A DNA stretch of 57,831 bases, from the IMG/VR virus record IMGVR_UViG_3300006789_000027, positions 1 through 57,831 of that record, one strand, 5' to 3'. Below the pieces are notes generated by a model. The model saw only the letters and a list, made by a program, of their open reading frames with translations, ran no database searches and was not told the origin of the DNA. Both the position numbers and the translations under genes were made by a program. Shown one piece after another: positions 37,696-45,910 of this stretch. This stretch comes from a virus (taxonomy: Duplodnaviria; Caudoviricetes). Numbering within the stretch: position 1 is the first letter of the stretch; each line of letters starts with the position of its first letter.

Positions 37696-38100
37696 CTAGC
37701 GATTGAGTTTCGTCAAGACCTTTTTCCAGTATTTTATTGTGGCTTGTTTCTTGTAGCCTTTTGGTCCCCCGTTATGGATACGGGCAACCTTCTCGGCATC
37801 GAATTTTGCGGGATTAGTCCATGCCTCACGAGCATAGCGTTTCATATAGGCATCGAATACCTTGATAGCATAGTCCCTATTGAAACAGTCCTTATAGGAA
37901 CCCCCTATATTACTACGCTCGATAGCATCCGTGTGATATATTTCCCAAATCTGTAAGCATCCGATAGCATTACCATTATCACCACGAGCATTATCATTAC
38001 CATTACTTTCAACAAGGATAAGAGCATTGACCAATTCATTTTGTTGGGGTGTGAGAATTACTTGCGGAACAGCAAGCATGAGGAGGAGAGGTGTAATCAT
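37696..38100 (-). CDS. Lysozyme-like protein (i-type/destabilase or SLT-like) with signal peptide
   Basis: ILVESNG (catalytic E), GCLQI..Y, ARIHNGGPKG, YW.KV. Confidence 0.75.
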   Translation of the reverse strand: MITPLLLMLAVPQVILTPQQNELVNALILVESNGNDNARGDNGNAIGCLQIWEIYHTDAIERSNIGGSYKDCFNRDYAIKVFDAYMKRYAREAWTNPAKFDAEKVARIHNGGPKGYKKQATIKYWKKVLTKLNR

Positions 38101-38291
38101 GAACATATTATACCACAATTCTAGGCTAGGTCAAGCATAAAATGAGAAATATTTGAAAATGCGGCCTAGGACCTGCCATTTTGGCAGCTAGAAGAAAATC
38201 ATGTCCAAGCATCTACAGCATAGCATCACGCATATAAAGCATATGCCAAGCAGTCCCGTAAGTTCCAAGCGGTCAAACATCTCCTCCCACA

Positions 38292-38504
38292 TTATTCTTC
38301 CCCTGGGTCACTGAATACGCTATCTTGGCATACTTGGCACATTCCACTAATACTATACTCTTTCCGAGAGATATCATCCATTTGAGTTAATGCTTGCAGG
38401 CTAATCTCATCATTGCAGGTAACGCATAAACCATTCAGGATACGGTCAACCTTTTCAGGAAACAGAGAAAAAGCGGGCTTAGAGAGGTCGGGAGGGAGAG
38501 GCAT
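38292..38504 (-). CDS. Early Zn-binding protein
   Basis: CVTC...EYSISGMCQVCQD. Confidence 0.65.
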   Translation of the reverse strand: MPLPPDLSKPAFSLFPEKVDRILNGLCVTCNDEISLQALTQMDDISRKEYSISGMCQVCQDSVFSDPGEE

Positions 38505-38569
38505 TAGTATTCGTCCGTTCCGAAGGGGAAGAGGATGCAGTCCCAGAAGAGGGTGATGATTTGTTTCAT
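38504..38569 (-). CDS. 21-aa leader peptide (not in ORF track)
   Basis: MKQIITLFWDCILFPFGTDEY; ATG 6 nt after TATAAT; TAATG overlap with the next gene. Confidence 0.55.
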   Translation of the reverse strand: MKQIITLFWDCILFPFGTDEY

Positions 38570-38611
38570 GCGTGTATTATATCAGAGCGTTAGACTTGCG
38601 TCAAGTAAAAA

Positions 38612-38839
38612 CTAGGCGTTTTTACAAGCGGCAGAGTGTAGATGCATACCGCCAGCATCCGAATCGGTGAGGGTATCCAATTGATTATTATCGAGAGGTG
38701 TGCCATCCTTAAAGGTAGCACTTGAGATAAACGCATCCGAGTTATCGAAAGCATCGAGATTTTCCATGACCATAGAGGACACAAGAACGGGCTGGGGGAG
38801 AGCCGTGAGAGTAATCGTAGGGGTATTATCGTATTTCAT
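38612..38839 (-). CDS. Acidic early protein (paralog B)
   Basis: DAFDNSDAF...DGTPLDNNQLDTLTDS; start corrected. Confidence 0.7.
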   Translation of the reverse strand: MKYDNTPTITLTALPQPVLVSSMVMENLDAFDNSDAFISSATFKDGTPLDNNQLDTLTDSDAGGMHLHSAACKNA

Positions 38840-39061
38840 GCTTATATTATACCGTCGCCATGTGTCCCTGTCAAGCATAAAATCCTAAATCCCACCGGAG
38901 AATACCACGCTTTGGGTCCCATGCCAGAATGGCAGGTCGCATAATATACAGATATCTTGCCTCCCTTTTAAGGGTCCCCTTTTTTGTTAAGGGACTCCTA
39001 GAAAAAAAATAAAATCCAATAAAATCCCAAATAAAATCCAATAAAAATACAAAAAATGAGC

Positions 39062-39069
39062 TATAAATA
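39062..39069 (+). promoter_or_regulatory. T4-type late promoter TATAAATA
   Basis: Exact T4 late consensus, 7 nt upstream of ATG 39077; another exact copy at 56449 and TA(A/T/G)ATA variants before other structural genes. Confidence 0.6.
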
Positions 39070-39076
39070 TAATACA

Positions 39077-39430
39077 ATGAAACTACTAGTTGCCTTCATC
39101 TTAATCTTATCTTTATCATATATTGATCAAACTCAAATAAGATATGGAGATTATAAAAATTTTGACGCTGAGAAGAACCATAAAGTAGGTACCATAGAAT
39201 CGAAGCAAGTGTATTATAAGATTCCTGCTTACGAAGGAATCAAAACAGGAGAATATGAGAAAGGTACTGCCAAATACACCCAGGCTCTTAAAGAAACTAC
39301 TATGGAATATCGAAGGGTAATGCGAGTGACTGCTAAGAAACAGGATTTAAAGCTAATAGTGGAAATGGGAGGAATATCGGACTACCCCTCAAAAGATATT
39401 ACAGAGAATTGCATCTCTCACATTAACTAA
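39077..39430 (+). CDS. Secreted/membrane hypothetical protein
   Basis: Signal-like MKLLVAFILILSLS. Confidence 0.6.
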   Translation: MKLLVAFILILSLSYIDQTQIRYGDYKNFDAEKNHKVGTIESKQVYYKIPAYEGIKTGEYEKGTAKYTQALKETTMEYRRVMRVTAKKQDLKLIVEMGGISDYPSKDITENCISHIN

Positions 39431-39440
39431 ATAAAGTACT

Positions 39441-40865
39441 ATGGACCATGATAAGCTTATAAAAGAGTCGGAAAAAATTTTTGAGGGTGTATTAACAGAG
39501 AAAGGACTTAAGGCGCTCGCAAGATCAGGAGAGCTTGGACCGGATGTGGCCTCTTTTCATAGTAAAGGGAAAGGCACCTCTAACACAAATTGGGACAAAC
39601 CGATAACTAGGCCGGTAATGCCGGGAAGGATATCCGGACCCATGCCCCTGCATGCGAAAACGGCGAGAGCTAGATACAAATTATCACAATCGCAAAAGAG
39701 AGCAAAACTTCGTCCGGATTTAGTAGGTGGATCCACAAACCCAACCATACACGCTGACCCTGACGATAAGAAAGAAATGGATCAGTCTGCTGAAACATAC
39801 CGGAACCCAAACCCTCATGGTACGAAACGCGATTTGGGTGGCACTCCACCCGATTGGCGTCAAGGTACGGAACGAGGCGTGAAGAAGGTTCCAGGTGAAA
39901 AGCCTGCGGGACCCGATACTTCGAGGAAATTGGTTAGGCGTTTGAATCGTGTAAGACGTCCGCAGACCCCTATGAGTCAGCAAAAGAAAAATAGGATCCA
40001 AGCCTTCAAACCTTCCATGGAAAACTCCAACCAAGATCCCAGATTGGAGGAAGGTGTCGGACAAACGGTCGCAAAAGTTCTTAGGAGTAAACCCGCTAGA
40101 GCTCTGGGTCGTGGAATAGAAGCAGTAGGTGGAGCTGCGCTGAATGTAGCTGGAGCTGCGGGGAGGAGTGGAGCAGAAGCTCTCGATCGGGAAGCCGGGA
40201 GGTTGGGTCAGTGGGGTAAACGTAAAATAAGGCAAGGTTACCGAGCACTAAAGAGACGTGCTGGGGAAGCACTTGATGCTAAAGCAAAAGACAAGCCAAA
40301 TGTAATATCTCGTGAGGAAGCAACTAAGAAACGGCAAGCAAGACAGAAAGCGTTGGATACTCCTACGGATGTAGAAATGGAAAACTCCAACCAAGATCCC
40401 AACTTGAAGGAAGATAAAAAGCATGATGGTTCGATTTCAGGTCAACCCGCTACTTTCAAAAAAGGTAAAGAACTTGAGAGCACGAAAGGAAAAGGTTACC
40501 GTCTCGTAAAGAAAAAGTGGAAACTCGCATCTGAAATGGAAAACTCCAACCAAGATCCCAACTTGAAGGAAGCAGTTTCTGATTCTGGTACTCAACTGCA
40601 AAGGATTTATAAATCTGGAGAGCTCGCTGGAAGTGGAAAGTTTAGTGGGGAAAAGAATCATGGAGAGGTGCAAGATCAATTAGATCGTATTCGTAATAAA
40701 GGTCGTAAATTGGCACTAAAAGATAAAAAGATAAAGCCGAAGTTGAAGAGTAAGCTGATGACACCTTCCCAAGGCGGGGGAGACGTTGCAACTGAGAAGT
40801 CTTTGGTTAAAGGCATTACGAAGGGTAAAGCCATCAATAGAGCAATACGGGCACTTCCCAAGTAA
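39441..40865 (+). CDS. Basic putative internal head protein with three MENSNQDP-x-L-x-E repeats
   Basis: K/R-rich modules; DNA repeats at 40017, 40374, 40533; N-terminus shared with the next gene. Confidence 0.6.
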   Translation: MDHDKLIKESEKIFEGVLTEKGLKALARSGELGPDVASFHSKGKGTSNTNWDKPITRPVMPGRISGPMPLHAKTARARYKLSQSQKRAKLRPDLVGGSTNPTIHADPDDKKEMDQSAETYRNPNPHGTKRDLGGTPPDWRQGTERGVKKVPGEKPAGPDTSRKLVRRLNRVRRPQTPMSQQKKNRIQAFKPSMENSNQDPRLEEGVGQTVAKVLRSKPARALGRGIEAVGGAALNVAGAAGRSGAEALDREAGRLGQWGKRKIRQGYRALKRRAGEALDAKAKDKPNVISREEATKKRQARQKALDTPTDVEMENSNQDPNLKEDKKHDGSISGQPATFKKGKELESTKGKGYRLVKKKWKLASEMENSNQDPNLKEAVSDSGTQLQRIYKSGELAGSGKFSGEKNHGEVQDQLDRIRNKGRKLALKDKKIKPKLKSKLMTPSQGGGDVATEKSLVKGITKGKAINRAIRALPK

Positions 40866-40870
40866 TTCCG

Positions 40871-41194
40871 ATGAATCATAACAAGCTTATAGAAGAATCT
40901 GAAAAAATTTTTAATGCTGTGATTAAAGAGGGTTCTGGTGGAGAACAAAGCCAACTTCGAAGAATAGATGCGGAGGATGATAAAAATCCTGCTACTAACC
41001 CCGTGCTAAAGCGTCTCGAAAGTAAGTTGAAGCATAAGCAAAAAGGAGCGGACCGAAGAGCAAAGCATAGAGGTATGTTGGTAATCCCTAAAAAGGACCG
41101 TGAGCCTAAAGATCTCAAGCAACGACTTCAACAAAGACAAACCATGAGGCAAGCTAGACCCGTAAAAACGGTCGGAGAGAAACTCCCCAAGTAA
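40871..41194 (+). CDS. Basic putative internal head protein
   Basis: MNHNKLIEESEKIFNAVIKE matches MDHDKLIKESEKIFEGVLTE; both proteins end in LPK. Confidence 0.6.
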   Translation: MNHNKLIEESEKIFNAVIKEGSGGEQSQLRRIDAEDDKNPATNPVLKRLESKLKHKQKGADRRAKHRGMLVIPKKDREPKDLKQRLQQRQTMRQARPVKTVGEKLPK

Positions 41195-41752
41195 ATGAAA
41201 AAATTTTTGGCGCTAGGACTAATCCTATGCCTCGTAGGATTTCTCAGTAATATACCATCTTATTCCGATTCTGCATCAGAAGAGCCAGAGGAATCTATGG
41301 CATTCCATGATCCTTATAAGCCTTATAAGCATGAGATCGATATTGAATTTCTCACTCATTGTAGTCTGACCTTATCGAATGGAATTGGTACCTTTCGAAT
41401 GTCTGGTTCTCAATTTTTTATTAGAATGCTACAAAGAGATGAGCCAGGCGAGACTCACGAGACTGGGCTTGTTCTACATAAACCAAATTTTCATTTTCAT
41501 TGGCCTCAACGTTCTGTTTTAGGTTTTAATGCTTCAGTAGAGTACACTTATCCAGCTCATTCTTTTGTAGGGTATTACTATAATATCGGATTATTTGACC
41601 CTCCTAGTATTAATAACATCGGATCAAAGATTCATTATAGAGGAACGGGAATCCTCCAGCTCCGGGAAGGCTCCGCCTTAATTACTTTAGGGAAACGTAC
41701 TTGGGTGCAACATGCTCCATGGGTATTAGTTTTCGGAAGAAATCCTAAATAA
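41195..41752 (+). CDS. Secreted/membrane hypothetical protein
   Basis: Signal peptide MKKFLALGLILCLVG. Confidence 0.6.
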   Translation: MKKFLALGLILCLVGFLSNIPSYSDSASEEPEESMAFHDPYKPYKHEIDIEFLTHCSLTLSNGIGTFRMSGSQFFIRMLQRDEPGETHETGLVLHKPNFHFHWPQRSVLGFNASVEYTYPAHSFVGYYYNIGLFDPPSINNIGSKIHYRGTGILQLREGSALITLGKRTWVQHAPWVLVFGRNPK

Positions 41753-41792
41753 ATGGCGTTAAGGGGGGCGGAACTTCTCTAGATATAGTAAT

Positions 41793-42635
41793 ATGCCATT
41801 GAGCCAGCCCTCCCAACCAACAACTAATAAAGTAACCACTAATGCCAGTGGGATTAACGTCGTATCAGGAATTCCTAATTCCAGTGGATATGACGGACCG
41901 TGGTATATCGAGGAGCAAACCCTAAGTATAAGCTACAGAAGAGTACCTGAGGCCCGGATGACGGATTGGAATTGCAGCTTGGACTATGTTAGATGGGAGG
42001 GGCAAGTAATCCGCACTCAGCTTGCCATGTTTATAACTGCCGAGGTTAAAGGTTATAAAGACTGGGGGCATTACGACACTTCCGCATGGTCACAACCTCA
42101 AGTCCTTAAGGTATACGCTGCTAGTGCCGATGCTAGTGGAAGTACTTATGGGAATTTAACAGCCTCTTCATGGGGACCGGCAGGAGAAGTTGTAACCGAT
42201 CAGAAGTACTATCGCAGAGTCGCGTGGGATGATGCATCTGGAGCTTCGGAATTTACTCAGAGTTGTTTCGCAAGTAACGCATTCGCAGAGTGGCACGTCA
42301 ACCCGTATACCGAATATGCGTCTTCCGGGATGTACCCGGTTGAGGACCTGCTTGATAATATGTATTGGGCTATGGGTCCGCGAAAACCTGGGTGCCCGCA
42401 AAGTCCGATGATGTATTGGACTGCAAAGTGTGGTTTTGGAGCCTTGGGGTCACTTTTTGGTCCGTACGACACTTCTGGAGAGTACATGGACACGGCAGAT
42501 ATCCTAGATGAGGTTGGCAGTAGAATTGGATATTTAGGACTTTATAATCTGCCGAAGGCAGACGTGAACTCCAGTGGTGATGTCCTTGCGAATACTGGAG
42601 TAGCAGCATACCGAACCAGCAGGCACTCTTGGTAA
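41793..42635 (+). CDS. Putative virion protein
   Basis: S/G/Y/W-rich 280 aa; TAGATA upstream. Confidence 0.55.
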   Translation: MPLSQPSQPTTNKVTTNASGINVVSGIPNSSGYDGPWYIEEQTLSISYRRVPEARMTDWNCSLDYVRWEGQVIRTQLAMFITAEVKGYKDWGHYDTSAWSQPQVLKVYAASADASGSTYGNLTASSWGPAGEVVTDQKYYRRVAWDDASGASEFTQSCFASNAFAEWHVNPYTEYASSGMYPVEDLLDNMYWAMGPRKPGCPQSPMMYWTAKCGFGALGSLFGPYDTSGEYMDTADILDEVGSRIGYLGLYNLPKADVNSSGDVLANTGVAAYRTSRHSW

Positions 42636-42733
42636 GAGTATCTGATTAATTTACACCTAAGATTTTAGAATCTGCTAAAGATTAGAACTTTTAGCGTTCT
42701 GTTAAGCGCCTTCGGCGCATATATAACTTGATT

Positions 42734-42955
42734 ATGAAAATACTCTCTTCCTTACGTTCTGTGTTAAATTGGGCAGTTGCCAAGTTTGATGCTTGTTTTG
42801 CTTGGACTACCCAGCGTTTAGATATTCTATTTGGAGAAGTTACTGCGGTAATCGACTCTTTGATTAGAGTTGGTACTCGCGTTGTAGTTTTTCTACTTTT
42901 ACTTCAGATCCTTAATTTAGATCTTATTGGAGCTTTGAAGGAGTTTCTTGCGTGA
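42734..42955 (+). CDS. Small membrane protein
   Basis: Hydrophobic C-terminus. Confidence 0.5.
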   Translation: MKILSSLRSVLNWAVAKFDACFAWTTQRLDILFGEVTAVIDSLIRVGTRVVVFLLLLQILNLDLIGALKEFLA

Positions 42956-43407
42956 ACTTTAAGGATTACATTGTTACGGAAGCTAAGAAGTGGGAGGATA
43001 TGACTCCTAAAGAGCGAGAAGCTAGTGAAAAAGCAAAAAAAGAGGCTGAAAAAATGGTAGCTCAAGGAAAAACTGATCTAGGTCTATCATCTAAGTCTAA
43101 AGCAGAAAAAAAAAGACTTCGTACCATCGCAGCTAAGAAGAGGGGACCCTCTGAGCTAGATGATGACTTGAAGTGTGATGAGTCCAAACGAGAAGAAGTT
43201 GAAAAAGAGGGCCCTTACGTAACCTCCCGTAAATTTAAAAAAGTAACGGACCCTGCCAAGAAAAGAAAAATGAGAGCTCAAAATCCTCCAATCGAGAGGA
43301 AGGATGTACCCTCTGTTAAAGATATCAAGGATAGGGAAGCAAAAAAGCGGAAAGAGAGCTTTCGAGCCGCCGGAAGAATGGCTGCTAGATCTAAGTTCAC
43401 AAATTAA
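42952..43407 (+). CDS. Basic putative internal protein with capsid-targeting-like N-terminus
   Basis: MNFKDYIVTE resembles the T4 internal-protein leader MKTYQEFIAE; very K/R/E-rich. Confidence 0.55.
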   Translation: MNFKDYIVTEAKKWEDMTPKEREASEKAKKEAEKMVAQGKTDLGLSSKSKAEKKRLRTIAAKKRGPSELDDDLKCDESKREEVEKEGPYVTSRKFKKVTDPAKKRKMRAQNPPIERKDVPSVKDIKDREAKKRKESFRAAGRMAARSKFTN

Positions 43408-43898
43408 AGAGGCGACGACCCTTCTACCGTTAGTCTCTCGTAAGGATCAGCACACGAACAGGTTCCATTACTCGCAGACGTGTTTCCTACGATACATACA
43501 GTAATCCCACAAGTTTTAAGGAAATCAACTCCTTCATCCAGGCGATAAAGTTCACCGCAGACCACGCGACGGATTCCTGATTGGACAATAAGCTTAGCAC
43601 ACTCAAAGCAAGGAGATAGAGTGGTATAAAGCGTAGCTCCTTCGGAGCTACTGGTTCCCTTCGCTAGTTTAGTAATCGCGTTAGACTCCGCGTGAAGCAC
43701 CTCTCGACGCGTATCTCCGTTGCGGTCTTCACACATATTACTTTGTCCTGTAGGAGTTCCATTAAATCCGTCCGAAATAATCTGTCCGTTCTTTACAATA
43801 AGACATCCGACCTTCATTCTATTGGCTTGGGAAAGATTTGACCAGTTTTTGGCCATTTCGAGATAAGTTTGATCTAGTTTAGTTTGTGTAGCCATCAT
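43404..43898 (-). CDS. dCMP deaminase
   Basis: KVGCLIV, GFNGTP, HAESNAI, LSPCFEC. Confidence 0.92.
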   Translation of the reverse strand: MMATQTKLDQTYLEMAKNWSNLSQANRMKVGCLIVKNGQIISDGFNGTPTGQSNMCEDRNGDTRREVLHAESNAITKLAKGTSSSEGATLYTTLSPCFECAKLIVQSGIRRVVCGELYRLDEGVDFLKTCGITVCIVGNTSASNGTCSCADPYERLTVEGSSPL

Positions 43899-43913
43899 AT
43901 AATATAAAAGAAT

Positions 43914-43940
43914 AAAGGGGGCTAAAAAGCCCCCTTAAAA
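43914..43940. terminator. Terminator hairpin
   Basis: AAGGGGGCT-AAA-AGCCCCCTT flanked by A/T runs. Confidence 0.6.
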
Positions 43941-43957
43941 GTAATTAAATATTTAAA

Positions 43958-44575
43958 TTATAGATCTTCTTCCTTTTGTGCAGCTCTAGAAGCTTTCTTG
44001 GACGCAGCACCCGTTCCTTTGGTAACTTTCTTCATAAGATTACGAGCAGCTTGATTCAAAGCATTTCCATTAGCGTCGAACTTCGCCTTTTCCTTCGTCT
44101 TAGACCCAAACTTAGCATTAAGAGCATCGTCACGTTCTTTTTCAGCTTTAGTACGAGCTTCAGCAAGAACTTTTACGATATCACAAAGACTTTGAACCGT
44201 TTCTTCAAGCATTCCAATTCTATCCTCAGGGGTATCTGGCTCCTTATGATCTTTTAAAGTTTTAGGCATAACCCACTTATTAGCGATGTTAGAGGGAAGA
44301 CCGAAGTTATCCATTCCAGCAGAGGCTGGATCGCTCTTAGGCTCTCCACCGCCACTAGGACCAGCCTTAGAGGCTGCTGCGGCATTCTCCTGGTTACCTG
44401 TAACAGTTCCAGAGCCTTTACCTTGATTCTCTTGGCTATCGCTGCCAGAACCTTTAGCGGTTGGAGTACTCCACTTATTACCATTCCCGAGCTTAGCATC
44501 GCCACCTGTTAATTTAGGGAGCATAGCGTTAGCTTCGAGAAGGGTGTTTACAAAATCTTGAGAAATATCTTTCAT
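43958..44575 (-). CDS. Hypothetical late protein (G/S/K-rich, coiled coil)
   Basis: 205-aa ORF with TATATAAA upstream; LLE and LAE motifs. Confidence 0.6.
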   Translation of the reverse strand: MKDISQDFVNTLLEANAMLPKLTGGDAKLGNGNKWSTPTAKGSGSDSQENQGKGSGTVTGNQENAAAASKAGPSGGGEPKSDPASAGMDNFGLPSNIANKWVMPKTLKDHKEPDTPEDRIGMLEETVQSLCDIVKVLAEARTKAEKERDDALNAKFGSKTKEKAKFDANGNALNQAARNLMKKVTKGTGAASKKASRAAQKEEDL

Positions 44576-44649
44576 TTTTTAATTACCTATTTTATATATT
44601 GTTCTTACTTAGAAAGTAAACAGCTTTATTCTAACTTCTAGATATAATA

Positions 44650-45162
44650 ATGGAACAAGAATTCTTCGATAACATTGAAAAAAATCCAATTATTGGGATT
44701 TTCGGAGATACTGTATTTCCTAATAAATCTATAGGGGAAGGGATTAGAGAAAAATCCAAAGTAATTTCAGAGCTTAAAAGCTTGCTTCTAAAGATGGATC
44801 CTAAGAAAGTATACATTATTCCTCATAGGGGGGTAAATTTAACATCCCTTACGATTTTACAGTATTTAAATATCCCATATACTATTGTAAACCCTTATCG
44901 AGGTTATTTTAATAGTACTCACAATAGAGACAAACTAAAAATTGTTTTTGGTATGGAAAATAGTTCTTCGGTTATTACGGTAGGAAAAAATCCTAAAAAT
45001 GCTAGAGGGACCCTAAAAGCTTTATCAGACACAGAAGATTTTGTTATTGACAGATCAGATCTCATTATTTCTATTAATGGTAATAAACCAGACAATAAAT
45101 CAATGAATTTACTTAAAAAACTTCCTGAATCTGGAAAACATATAATATTTTTTAAATATTAA
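44650..45162 (+). CDS. Hypothetical protein, possibly SLOG/YspA-like
   Basis: IIGIFG...GV...IPY....PY...IDRSDLII pattern. Confidence 0.45.
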   Translation: MEQEFFDNIEKNPIIGIFGDTVFPNKSIGEGIREKSKVISELKSLLLKMDPKKVYIIPHRGVNLTSLTILQYLNIPYTIVNPYRGYFNSTHNRDKLKIVFGMENSSSVITVGKNPKNARGTLKALSDTEDFVIDRSDLIISINGNKPDNKSMNLLKKLPESGKHIIFFKY

Positions 45163-45175
45163 CAAAGTTATAACG

Positions 45176-45874
45176 TTATTTAATGTGGAGGGGTAGATTC
45201 TTTTTGAACAGGTCCGCAAACGCTTCCCTGTTTTCATGCCAAGAGGTCTTACCCTTAATCTCCCCTCTAGAGTAATGGATGACCTGTAAAGGTATGACCC
45301 TGTTTCGAAGACCCTTCATGTGCGCTTGAGATGTATAAAAGATATCATAAAAATCCCAATTCCCGGGAAAACATTTAGGCTTCTTTAGTTGGATAGTATT
45401 CACGGTTCTTCCTTTCGCTGCGAGGAATAATCCGTCCATTACCACAACATCCCCCAAAGGTCCAAAGTACGTTTGGAAGATTTCAGCCTTTTTATCCCCG
45501 TGATAAACACTTCCCGCTAAAGGATTAAGATGTGAATCCGCATGTGGAGTCTGCATGTCTTCCCACCAAACACAACTTGATCTGAGGAGACGAGTACCAG
45601 CTAAACCTACAAATCCAGAATTGGAATCCTCTAAGTTCTTTTCTATAAACAAGTTAAAGTCCCAAGGACTTGTTAAAACCTCAATATCATCGTGACAGAA
45701 GATAACAAGATCATCCGCTTTAATATCCTGATCCTTAACTCCAGTATCAAAAGCTTCAAAGATATTCTCAAACCCTACTAAAGGAACAACTCTCCATTCG
45801 GATAGTTCAAGGAAATGCCTTAAGGTTTTTTTGATTTTACCGTCTCGAGTTGGAATAAAAGCGACTTTTTTCAT
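45176..45874 (-). CDS. GT-A glycosyltransferase-like protein
   Basis: VIFCHDDI, GFVGLAG, VMDGLFLA, WDFYDI, IHYSRG. Confidence 0.75.
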   Translation of the reverse strand: MKKVAFIPTRDGKIKKTLRHFLELSEWRVVPLVGFENIFEAFDTGVKDQDIKADDLVIFCHDDIEVLTSPWDFNLFIEKNLEDSNSGFVGLAGTRLLRSSCVWWEDMQTPHADSHLNPLAGSVYHGDKKAEIFQTYFGPLGDVVVMDGLFLAAKGRTVNTIQLKKPKCFPGNWDFYDIFYTSQAHMKGLRNRVIPLQVIHYSRGEIKGKTSWHENREAFADLFKKNLPLHIK

Positions 45875-45910
45875 TTTCTATATAATTACACACTATTATA
45901 GGATGTTTTT

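Larger units (their letters stand above)
33685..38874 (-). promoter_or_regulatory. Array of 13 sigma70-type early promoters
   Basis: (C)TTGA(C/T)N-16/17-TAWA(A/C)T. The -10 hexamers have lower coordinates 33685, 34513, 34612, 35110, 35870, 36223, 36669, 36907, 37167, 37688, 38107, 38576, 38846; most have a TG extension. Confidence 0.9.
23057..38940. repeat. Dispersed ~27-bp element CGGGCCNRGGRYCTGCCA-N3-TGGCAG (9 copies, both orientations)
   Basis: Palindromic cores at 23069, 33829, 34733, 35189, 35949, 36295, 37228, 38173, 38921; all intergenic. Confidence 0.85.

Noticed and set aside
36900-38878. ORF-track starts at 36935, 37286, 37687, 38118 and 38878
   Set aside because: They fall inside, upstream of, or flush against the promoter; the ATG 6-9 nt after the -10 box fits the shared pattern.
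33751-38888. Plus-strand ORFs in the early region (e.g. 33930-34427, 35968-36414, 36816-37133)
   Set aside because: They are antisense to promoter-supported minus-strand genes and run through repeats; treated as shadow ORFs.
33817-38940. CRISPR array formed by the palindromic repeats
   Set aside because: Copies are degenerate, in both orientations and separated by hundreds of bp of promoters and genes, not 30-40-nt spacers; no cas operon.
33817-38940. Integron cassette array (attC sites)
   Set aside because: No RYYYAAC/GTTRRRY box pairs, no integrase in the window, each cassette has its own promoter, and orientation is mixed.
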